Positions 38,530 through 46,537 of a DNA stretch of 64,000 nucleotides are shown here, piece after piece (position 1 is the first letter of the stretch; each line of letters begins with the position of its first letter). Both the position numbers and the translations under genes were made by a program. The notes under the pieces are model-generated. The model was not told the DNA's origin and did no database searches. It worked only from the letters and a program-made list of their open reading frames with translations. The DNA comes from Myxococcales bacterium (GTDB lineage Bacteria; Myxococcota_A; Polyangia; Fen-1088): contig PMKP01000350.1 of assembly GCA_003157775.1 (NCBI GenBank), positions 2,741 to 66,740 of the forward strand. The letters are read 5' to 3'.

Positions 38530-39815
38530 GGGGCAATCCAGGAGAATTGGTCGGGCAGGCGGGTCCAGCCATTGGCGGCGTCGAAGGCCCAGACCCAGGC
38601 CTGGCCGCTCGCCGGGGGTACGACGCCGTCGATCTCACCGGGGTTCTTCCACGACGCGTTCGCCAGGGAAACCGCGCCCGCCAAGGTTTGACCCAAGTAG
38701 ATGATGGTAGTCTCGGTGAAGTTCGCGCCGGAAACCGTGACCGGCGTGCTCTCGCCTTGGGTGCCGAAGGATGGAACAATCGACTGTATCTGCGGCGGAA
38801 GCTGATAGTGAAACTTGTACGCCCAGGTGGCGAAGCCAAGGCGAGATTGCACAGTCACCGTGACCGCGGCGGAAGTAGAATAGCCCGGCGTGTAGCCCGT
38901 GATGGTCTGGTTGTCGACCACGATGCCGCCATCGGGGACCAGCAGGCTATCGCCGAAGTATGTGCGACTCCCGGGGACAAAGCCCGATCCTCGGAGCACC
39001 ACATTGGTTCCGCCCGCCACGCCTCCTGACTCTGGCGTGACCGAGGATACGGTGGGGCGCTGGCTCAGGTTGATGGGAACATGAATCGGGCTGCTCTGGT
39101 TGGGCGGCACGGCGTCGTCCGAGGCCACAATATTCAGGTTGACCGTCATGTTTGGGTCCAAGTCCGGACTGATAGTCACGTCGAAGGCGCAGTCGATGCG
39201 GTCGGAGCGCAGCCCGGACGGACAGTTGCCCGTCAAAGGATCACGTTGCGATCCATCGTCCGACGCAGGTTCAGTGTAGGTCCACGTCAGCACTACTAGA
39301 TGGCCGGGTGGCCCGTCGGTAGCGATCACCTGTCCGTGAATGAGGGATCCGGGAGCATAGAGATCGCCCGGGGCCGGGCTGGTGACCGTCAGATCCGGAG
39401 TGAATATGTACCGGCCCAACGCCAAGAAGCCACCGGCCAGCACCGCCTTGTGGCCGCGAGGATCCATGATCTCCACGTCGCAGGGGCCTGCGGCCAGGTC
39501 GTCCGGGTCCTGTATGTCCAAGTCGGCTGAAATCTGGGTGGGGCTTACCCAGCCGAAATCGGTCAGCGGAGCCGAGATCGATCCTTGGCTGACCTTGCCC
39601 GAAAAGCCCTGCATCGTGGCCACGCGTTCGCCCGACTCAGGATCGAGGCGGAACGATGGAACGAAGCCCGCGCCGGTCAGCGTGAGACGGAAGTCGCGAT
39701 CGGTGTAGGCTTGCGCAGGGTCGACGGCGTCGATGCGTGGCTGTGGCTCACTACCGGCGCAGCCGACGAGAGCAGTGGCGCAAAGAGCAAGACTTGCGCG
39801 GGGGCCGAGCGTCAC
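38526..39815 (-). CDS. IPT/TIG (Ig-like) domain lipoprotein
   Basis: Lipobox ALVGCAG. Three or four IPT-like repeats (PxIxSVxPxxG...G.T.VTLxGxGF). ATGA overlap with the HK start. Confidence 0.7.
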   Translation of the reverse strand: MTLGPRASLALCATALVGCAGSEPQPRIDAVDPAQAYTDRDFRLTLTGAGFVPSFRLDPESGERVATMQGFSGKVSQGSISAPLTDFGWVSPTQISADLDIQDPDDLAAGPCDVEIMDPRGHKAVLAGGFLALGRYIFTPDLTVTSPAPGDLYAPGSLIHGQVIATDGPPGHLVVLTWTYTEPASDDGSQRDPLTGNCPSGLRSDRIDCAFDVTISPDLDPNMTVNLNIVASDDAVPPNQSSPIHVPINLSQRPTVSSVTPESGGVAGGTNVVLRGSGFVPGSRTYFGDSLLVPDGGIVVDNQTITGYTPGYSTSAAVTVTVQSRLGFATWAYKFHYQLPPQIQSIVPSFGTQGESTPVTVSGANFTETTIIYLGQTLAGAVSLANASWKNPGEIDGVVPPASGQAWVWAFDAANGWTRLPDQFSWIAP

Positions 39816-40178
39816 GGCGCTATCTTACTACCGGGGGCGTGATTCTGGCGGGTTCCGCAAGCGATAGCTGACGTAAGAGGCCAACTTTGTTTCGCCGGCG
39901 ACGGCGTTTCATCGTCCTTTTGAGAATCGCGGTGCAGAACGGAGTCGTGCCGTTCGCTTTCAATCCGCCGCCAGATTTGAGGTGGCTTGTGCGCGCCGCG
40001 CCAAGTACCATCCGGCTACCAGGGTCGCGCTTGTCTAGCTTGCGCGCGAAAGTCCTTGACCGCGATCTGGATGTCGCGGTTTCTCTTGGCAACGCGATCC
40101 CTGAATCGTCCGGACCTCGCAGAATCGGGCTGTTTCCACCTCGCGCGGCGGGCATACTCCTTGCAAACCGGTGAGTTC

Positions 40179-40520
40179 ATGAAGATTCGACTCTTCTTTG
40201 GCGCCGCCATCGTTTTCTTTCTCCCATGCTTTGCATGTGAGTCTGGGAAGACCTACCCGGTCACGTTCGTCTGTGAGCCAACCGGAGGCTTGACCTGTCC
40301 GCCGGAAGGCGAATGCCCGGCTCTGCCGCTCGGATCCGACACCTGCGGAGATTTGCCTGGCTTGTTTGGCCACCCACCGACGTCCGTCACAGTGGGTCGC
40401 CCGGTGGGCTGCGAGGTGGGCCTCTCGTACGGCAACCCGTACTACGGGGACAGTCAGCAAACCTGCACCTGCACCATGGATTCATCGTCGCCGACACCAA
40501 AGTGGGAGTGTCCCGTCTGA
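40179..40520 (+). CDS. small secreted cysteine-rich protein (113 aa, 10 Cys)
   Basis: Signal peptide MKIRLFFGAAIVFFLPCFAC. The mature part is about 90 aa with 8-9 Cys. Confidence 0.5.
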   Translation: MKIRLFFGAAIVFFLPCFACESGKTYPVTFVCEPTGGLTCPPEGECPALPLGSDTCGDLPGLFGHPPTSVTVGRPVGCEVGLSYGNPYYGDSQQTCTCTMDSSSPTPKWECPV

Positions 40521-40589
40521 CGGATGGACGCCGGGTGCCCGTGGCAGGCCAGTTGACTAGGAGCGGCCAGCCTGGGAGATTTGCGTCTC

Positions 40590-40832
40590 ATGGCCAATCA
40601 CCAGAGCCTCCGGGAGATGCTGAGCCACCGAGTGACCTTCACTTACGACACTGGGGCCCAGGTGGTGGGTACGGTTACGGCTTGTGCGCCGGTACAGGGG
40701 CCGGTCGAGTACGTGGTATTGGCCAAGGTGGAGGTGAAAGGCGGGGCCGGCCAGGTGCTGGCACGCTTCGCCGAACTGCCGCTCGTACCCAACAACCTGG
40801 TGGGGATCAGGGTGACCGAAGGGGGACTTTGA
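40590..40832 (+). CDS. small hypothetical protein (80 aa)
   Basis: GGGAGA SD 9 nt upstream. Followed immediately by hairpin GGGAACCC-TGAGA-GGGTTCCC at 40836-40856. Confidence 0.4.
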   Translation: MANHQSLREMLSHRVTFTYDTGAQVVGTVTACAPVQGPVEYVVLAKVEVKGGAGQVLARFAELPLVPNNLVGIRVTEGGL

Positions 40833-40984
40833 AATGGGAACCCTGAGAGGGTTCCCATGAAGGGTTCCCATGCCCTCCCGCGATGGTGCGCCGCCAGCGA
40901 GGACGCGCGCAAAAGCGCGCGGGGCGGGTGGGGTGGGCTGTCCGTCCCGAAGGCCGGCGGGCTCCCCACGCGACTCGTCGACAG

Positions 40985-41287
40985 ATGAGCGATAGCACGC
41001 CTGCCAAGAACCGCCGCTTGCACGCTGTGGTGCGCGGTCTGGTCCAGGGCGTGGGTTTTCGCGCCACCACCTTTGACGAAGCCCGGCGCTTGGGTCTTGC
41101 GGGCTGGGTGCGCAACCGCGTGGACGGCACAGTCGAGGTGCTGGCCGAGGGGGCAGAGCCCAAGCTGACCCTGTTTCTCGCCTATCTGCGCCGCGGTCCG
41201 CTGGGAGCCCGGGTTGCGGGCGTGCTCGAGGATTGGTCGGAAGAGCAGGGCGCGGCCGTCCCGTTCCAGGTCAAGCGCACGGAGTAG
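40985..41287 (+). CDS. acyP: acylphosphatase
   Basis: VRGLVQGVGFRATT and GWVRNRVDGTVEV signature motifs. 100 aa. Confidence 0.8.
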   Translation: MSDSTPAKNRRLHAVVRGLVQGVGFRATTFDEARRLGLAGWVRNRVDGTVEVLAEGAEPKLTLFLAYLRRGPLGARVAGVLEDWSEEQGAAVPFQVKRTE

Positions 41288-41390
41288 GGGTGGCCGGCTC
41301 CGCTTCCCGAAATGCTCAACCCTTGCCATCTGCGGGGTTGTTTTTCGACCGCGGCTTGGAGGATGGGCAAAGTCGAGGCCCCGAAGTCTG

Positions 41391-43472
41391 CTAGTCAGGA
41401 TTTCTCGGAGTGCGAACCATGGCCTTGGCCACCAGCTCGGACAAATTCTTCACCTGCACCCGCTCGCCGGCATCGCGGTCATCCACAGCGTCCTTGATCA
41501 TGATGGTGCAGTAGGGGCAGGCGGTGGCCACGGTGGTGGCGTCGGTGGCCAGGATCTCGTCGGTGCGGTCGTGGTTGACCCGGGTGCCGGTCTTCTCATC
41601 CATCCACATGCGTCCGCCGCCCGCGCCGCAACAGAAGGCGTGCTCGCGGGTGCGGCCAAGCTCCAGGCGCTCGGGCCCCAGCCGATCCAGAACCGCACGC
41701 GGCGCTTCGTACTCGCCGTTCCAGCGTCCCAGGTAGCAGGGATCGTGGAAGGTCAGCTTGCCACCACCGTTGGCGCTGCGCTCGATCACAAGCTTGCCCT
41801 GCTCGATCAGTTCGGCGATGAGCTGAGAGTGGTGGCGGACTTCGTACTGCCCGCCCATTTGCGGGTATTCGTTCTTGAGCACGTGCAGACAGTGCGGGCA
41901 GGGCGTGACGATCTTCTTCACCTTCTTGGCGTTCAGCGTGTCGATGTTCTGCTGCGCCTCCATCTGGTAGAGCATCTCGTTGCCCGCCCGGCGCGCCGAA
42001 TCGCCGCAGCAGCCCTCTTCCATTCCCAGCACGGCAAAGCTGACTCCTGCCTGGCGCAGGATATCCACCAAGGCCAGGGTCTGCTTCTTCAGTCGGTCGT
42101 CGTAGGCGCCCGCACAGCCCACCCACAGCAGCCATTCGGCGTCCGGTTTATCGTCGAGAGTGGGCACGTCGTGGCCTTCGGCCCAATCCATGCGCCGGTC
42201 CGCACCCAAGCCCCAGGGGTTGCCGTTCTGCTCTAGGTTCTTGAAGGTGCGCACCAGATCGCCGGGCACCTTTTCCTGCAGCAGCACCAAGTTGCGTCGC
42301 ATCTCTAGGATCTTGCCCGGCTGATCGATGAACACGGGGCACACCTCCTGGCAGGCGCCGCAGGTCGTGCACGACCACAGCACCTCTTCGCTGGTGCGGC
42401 CGCCGATCAGCTCGCGCGGCTGGCGCGCCTCCTCTGCGGCGGCCTTGCCGTGCTGGAAGCGTTCAATGAGATCGTCGAGGGGACCTCGATCCGGCAGGCG
42501 CGACTTCATGTCGTCGCGTAGATCGTGCACCACCTGCATGGGCGAGAGTGGTTTGCCGGTTCGGTTGGCCGGGCAGTAGTTCGAACAGCGCGCGCATTCG
42601 GTACAGGCGAAACTGTCGAGCAGCGACTTCCAGGTGAAGTCCTTCCATTCGGAAACCACACCGGTTTGCGCGATGTCGTCCACCTCTAGGTTGAGCTTGG
42701 GCAGAATCCCGCGCTGGCCGAGCTGGCGGAAATAGATATTGGGCAAGGCCGCGAGAATGTGGCTGTGCTTGGAGTAGGCGAGGTAGTTGAGGAACTTCAG
42801 CAACACCACCACGTGGACCCACCAGTTCACTTCGGAAACCACGTCCGCGGTCGCCGGCGAGACGCCAGCGAGCCAGGCGCTGGCCAGCCAATCGGAAAGG
42901 AAGAAGCCGGGCTCAACCACGCCGGCCACAGTACGGAAGGCGTGGATCGCGAAGTGGGTGACCATTAGAAGCGCAATGGCGGACAGAATCGCGGCCGCGT
43001 CGCGGCTCATGGGGATGAGTCGAGGTTTGAGGAACAGGCGCCGGAAAAACGCGAAGCCGATGATCGCGAGCACGAGCAGGTTCATGCTGTCCACCGCGGC
43101 GTCAAGTGCGCCCGCAGCGGTTTCGCCCATGACAAGAGACCAGGAGAATGTGGGCCACAGCCCCTGCGCCAGGGTTTCCAGGGTGCCCACGCAGATGATG
43201 AGGAAGCCCCAGAAGATGATGAAGTGGTGGCGGCTGCCTATCAGGTTGGAGAAGCGCGGCCAGCGGCTGGCCGGGATATCCACCGTCTCGATGACCTTGC
43301 GCTGGCCGAAGAAGAAGGAAAGCAGAGAGTCCACGCGCGCCTCGACGCGGTCGGTCCGCTTTTCCGGGCGGCCGGCCAAGAGCATCTTGGTGAAGCGCCT
43401 GAGCGTCCAGGCGAACATCACCAGGGACGCGGTCAGAAGTACGGCGAAAACGATCTGCTTCAGCATGGGCAT
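41391..43472 (-). CDS. membrane-anchored (Fe-S)-binding oxidoreductase, DsrMK/HdrD-like fusion (NarI-like TM domain + two 4Fe-4S ferredoxin motifs + two CCG domains)
   Basis: About 6 N-terminal TM helices. CTECARCSNYCP and CTTCGACQEVCP ferredoxin motifs. Cys-rich CCG motifs (VGCAGAYD..., TPCPHC..., HDPCYLGRW..., FCCGAGGGRM...CPYC). Confidence 0.8.
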   Translation of the reverse strand: MPMLKQIVFAVLLTASLVMFAWTLRRFTKMLLAGRPEKRTDRVEARVDSLLSFFFGQRKVIETVDIPASRWPRFSNLIGSRHHFIIFWGFLIICVGTLETLAQGLWPTFSWSLVMGETAAGALDAAVDSMNLLVLAIIGFAFFRRLFLKPRLIPMSRDAAAILSAIALLMVTHFAIHAFRTVAGVVEPGFFLSDWLASAWLAGVSPATADVVSEVNWWVHVVVLLKFLNYLAYSKHSHILAALPNIYFRQLGQRGILPKLNLEVDDIAQTGVVSEWKDFTWKSLLDSFACTECARCSNYCPANRTGKPLSPMQVVHDLRDDMKSRLPDRGPLDDLIERFQHGKAAAEEARQPRELIGGRTSEEVLWSCTTCGACQEVCPVFIDQPGKILEMRRNLVLLQEKVPGDLVRTFKNLEQNGNPWGLGADRRMDWAEGHDVPTLDDKPDAEWLLWVGCAGAYDDRLKKQTLALVDILRQAGVSFAVLGMEEGCCGDSARRAGNEMLYQMEAQQNIDTLNAKKVKKIVTPCPHCLHVLKNEYPQMGGQYEVRHHSQLIAELIEQGKLVIERSANGGGKLTFHDPCYLGRWNGEYEAPRAVLDRLGPERLELGRTREHAFCCGAGGGRMWMDEKTGTRVNHDRTDEILATDATTVATACPYCTIMIKDAVDDRDAGERVQVKNLSELVAKAMVRTPRNPD

Positions 43473-43531
43473 TTCCTAGCACGGCCCGCACCAGTTAGGA
43501 ACCAGGGCCGCCTCGTTGTATAAACCAGGCC

Positions 43532-43705
43532 ATGCCGATGAACCGCGAGCTGATCGACATCCTGGCCTGCCCCAAGTGCAAAGGGTCGCTGGAGCTGCGG
43601 CCCGACGAAAGCGCCTTTGTCTGCCGCGCCTGCCGTCTGGTCTACGCCGTGGTCGACGAGATCCCCAACTTCATCGTCGAAGAAGCGCAACCCCTGGAAG
43701 GGTAG
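43532..43705 (+). CDS. Trm112/YcaR family small zinc-ribbon protein (UPF0434), 57 aa
   Basis: MPMNRELIDILACPKCKGSLELRPDESAFVCRACRLVYAVVDEIPNFIVEEAQPLEG. Characteristic LACPxCKG...LxCxxCxxxYPIxDGIP pattern. Missed by the track. Confidence 0.75.
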   Translation: MPMNRELIDILACPKCKGSLELRPDESAFVCRACRLVYAVVDEIPNFIVEEAQPLEG

Positions 43706-43708
43706 TGA

Positions 43709-45001
43709 ATGTTTCGCGATCCCGGGATCGAGGCGCTCCTTCGCGCTGACTTGGAGCGGCTGCAGCTTGGCCGCTTGCAGGCGCTGGCGGTGCGGCTGCA
43801 CGAACGGGTGCCGCTCTACCGCGAGCGCTTTGCTGCTGCCGGGATCGCGCCCGATGGCATCAAGTCGCTGGCCGACTTGCGCCGTCTGCCGTTCACCACC
43901 AGTGCCGACCTGCGCGACACCTATCCGGCGGGCCTGCTGGCGGTCCCGATGCACGAGGCCCTGCGCCTGCACACATCGAGCGGAACGACCGGCCGTCCCA
44001 AGGCGATTTTCTTTTCCCCGCGAGATGTGGACAACGCCGCCGAGCTGTGCGCCCGCAGCTTCGTGGCTGCCGGCGTGACAGCGCGTGACGTGTTTCAGAA
44101 CATGATGCCCTACGGCCTCTTCACCGGAGCGCTGGTGGCCCACTACGGGGCCGAGAAGATCGGCTGCCTGGTGATCCCGGCCGGCCCAGGCAATTCCGAG
44201 AAGCAGCTTGCACTCATGCAGGACTTCGGCACCACGGCAGTGCACCTGACACCCAGCTTTGCGCTCTACTTCGCCGACTTTCTCGACGGAAAAGGCCCGG
44301 ACGCGCGCAAGCCGCTCAGGCTGCGCCGAGCCTTTGTGGGTGCCGAGCCGTACAGCGTCGAGACGCGCGACAAGATCGAACAGGCCCTGGGCGTCGAGGT
44401 CTTCAACTCCTACGGCCTCTCAGAGATGAACGGCCCAGGCGTGGCCTTCGAGTGCGCCGAGCGGGCCGGCATGCATCTTTGGGAAGACCACTTCATCATC
44501 GAGGTCATCGATCCCAAGACCGAAGAGCCGCTGCCCGACGGCGAGCCGGGCGAATTGGTGTTGACCACCCTGTGCCGCGAGGCCATGCCGCTTCTGCGCT
44601 ACCGCACACGCGACATCACAGCAGTCATTCCGGGCCCCTGTGCCTGTGGCCGCACCCACCGCCGCTTGGCGCGGATCACCGGCCGGGCCGACGACATGCT
44701 CATCGTGCGCGGGGTCAACGTGTACCCGCAGCAGATCGAGCATGTGCTCATGGCCATCCCGCAGGTGGGTCGCAATTATCTCATTCTGCTTGAGGGCCGC
44801 GACGACATGACCGTGCAGGCCGAGTTGGCTCATGGTGAACTGGAAATGAATGAGGAGCAGCGGGTTGCATTGGAAGGCGAGATTGCGGCCCGTCTGCGCT
44901 CGGAGATCCTGACCAAGCCCAAGGTCAAGCTACTGCCGCCATCCAGTTTGCCGTTCAGTGAGGGCAAAGCCAAGCGCGTGATCGACCGCAGAACGTTGTA
45001 G
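43709..45001 (+). CDS. phenylacetate-CoA ligase family protein (PaaK-like adenylate-forming enzyme), copy 1
   Basis: SSGTTGRPK P-loop, YGLSE and CREAMPLLRYRTRD PaaK-type C-terminal motifs. 430 aa. Confidence 0.85.
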   Translation: MFRDPGIEALLRADLERLQLGRLQALAVRLHERVPLYRERFAAAGIAPDGIKSLADLRRLPFTTSADLRDTYPAGLLAVPMHEALRLHTSSGTTGRPKAIFFSPRDVDNAAELCARSFVAAGVTARDVFQNMMPYGLFTGALVAHYGAEKIGCLVIPAGPGNSEKQLALMQDFGTTAVHLTPSFALYFADFLDGKGPDARKPLRLRRAFVGAEPYSVETRDKIEQALGVEVFNSYGLSEMNGPGVAFECAERAGMHLWEDHFIIEVIDPKTEEPLPDGEPGELVLTTLCREAMPLLRYRTRDITAVIPGPCACGRTHRRLARITGRADDMLIVRGVNVYPQQIEHVLMAIPQVGRNYLILLEGRDDMTVQAELAHGELEMNEEQRVALEGEIAARLRSEILTKPKVKLLPPSSLPFSEGKAKRVIDRRTL

Positions 45002-45055
45002 CGGGAGCGCCCGATCACGCAGGGGCCTGTCGGCCCCTGCGATCCATGCGGTCTA

Positions 45056-46520
45056 CTACCGCAGATACTGGGCCAATCCGATATTCTGGGTCTTGATCGC
45101 GTTGGCGACAAGACCAGCCAGCTTCTCTCCGCCCGCGAGGTTGGTGTGGGTTTGGTCAGTCCCGCCCGCGTGGTATGCTTGCAGCACCTGCGTCTTGGTC
45201 ATACCAAGGCCATCGTACCAGGTGGTCGACAGGGCTGTGAGATCGATGAATGGCACGTTGTTGGCTGTTGCGATCGCCTTGGCCGCCGCTGCATGAAGGC
45301 TGGTCTGATCGCCTATTGGAATACTTGTGGCGCGAGCAGGAGGGGAGACCATTATCGGGTTGACGCCCGCGGCTATTGCGGCGGTCACATGGGGCGTGAG
45401 GTTCGCCTCGACCGTGGCGTCGGTGTCTGTCTTGTCGTTGTGTCCAAACTGGATAATGATCCAGTCGCCTTTGGTCCAGCGCGATGAGATGTCGCTCCAG
45501 AAGCCGAAGTCGCCGGAGGCCGCGCCGCTGTTGGCATAGTTGGCAATTCCAACCGGAGGCCCGAAATACTCGGGCAGCATTTGCCCCCAGCCCCCGTAGG
45601 AGCCACCGGTCTGGTCGCAGGTGGTGGAATCGCTGGCAATGTAGACCATGATCGGCTTGGTCGTCGCATCGGCCAAGGCGTATCCGATGGCAGAAACCTG
45701 CGGATTCGTGCCGGAGAAGAACAAGTCTAGCCCCGGGTACCCGCCCGGCCCGCCGGCATGCTTTGGCTGCCCTTCCATGTCTCGCACATTGACCACGAAC
45801 GCATATTCCAGCGACTGGCCTGGGGTGGTGGTCACAGACTGCAGCATGCCTCGGCTCGATTCTGCAGTGACAAGCGTGTCACCGGCGGCGGCGCCGCCAA
45901 GAGTAACCGTCACGACGTAGTTCCCCGCCTCACTGGTGGCGTCTGCCGTGGGCGTGGTCTCAGAAGTGTTGTAGTCGCTGCCACCGAAGAGGCATTCGAT
46001 GCAGACATTCCCCGTGGGCTGGCCCGCGCACGCATTGCCAGTGCCTCCCACCGCTACTTTCTGGCATTTGGCGTAGTTGTCCGCTGTGGGCGCGGGATAC
46101 CCCGCCGGAACTCCGGTTGAAGGAGGAGCCCCGCCTGCGCCGCCCGCGCTTCCGCCGGTAGCTGCAATTCCTCCGGATCCGGTCTTGCCGCCCGATCCTG
46201 GCGTGCCGCCTTTCGCGAGCGTGCCTCCGGTTCCAATCAATCCGCCGGTTGATGCGATACCACCCGCGTTCATCGTACCACCCGTGTTCACGGTGCCGCC
46301 CGTGAGCAGTATCCCACCCGTTGTGACGATACCACCCGTTGATTGGGTGCCGCCGGTGGTTGGCGAACCTCCGGCAGTGGTCGTGCCGCCCGAACCGGGT
46401 GCTCCTCCTTGGGCCACGCCTCCGGAACCGCCCTGCGGTGGTTCGGAGGTACTTGAGCAGGCCATCAAACCGACAAGCGTGAGCAATGGGAGCAGTGAAA
46501 GGCGTGGTGCAGTGGCCATG
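45056..46520 (-). CDS. secreted rhamnogalacturonan acetylesterase-like SGNH hydrolase (CE12-like) with TGGxxT repeat linker, copy A
   Basis: GAGGAGA SD. Lipoprotein signal LLTLVGLMAC, then an about 20-copy hexapeptide linker, then SGNH blocks (IASDSTTC, GGWGQ, QFGHND, DQTH). Confidence 0.8.
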
Positions 46521-46537
46521 ATTCTCCTCAACTTCTA

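Noticed and set aside
40080-40105. TGGCAA-N5-TCCCTG as a sigma-54 (-24/-12) promoter upstream of the Cys-rich gene
   Set aside because: The -12 element does not match the TTGC(A/T) consensus, and no bacterial enhancer-binding protein gene is in the window.
46521-46531. Track start (TTG) at 46531 for CE12 copy A, and the 814-aa extension 48206-48982 for copy B
   Set aside because: Both paralogues have an identical GAGGAGAATC-ATG context directly before their lipoprotein signal peptides. Upstream residues have no secretion logic.
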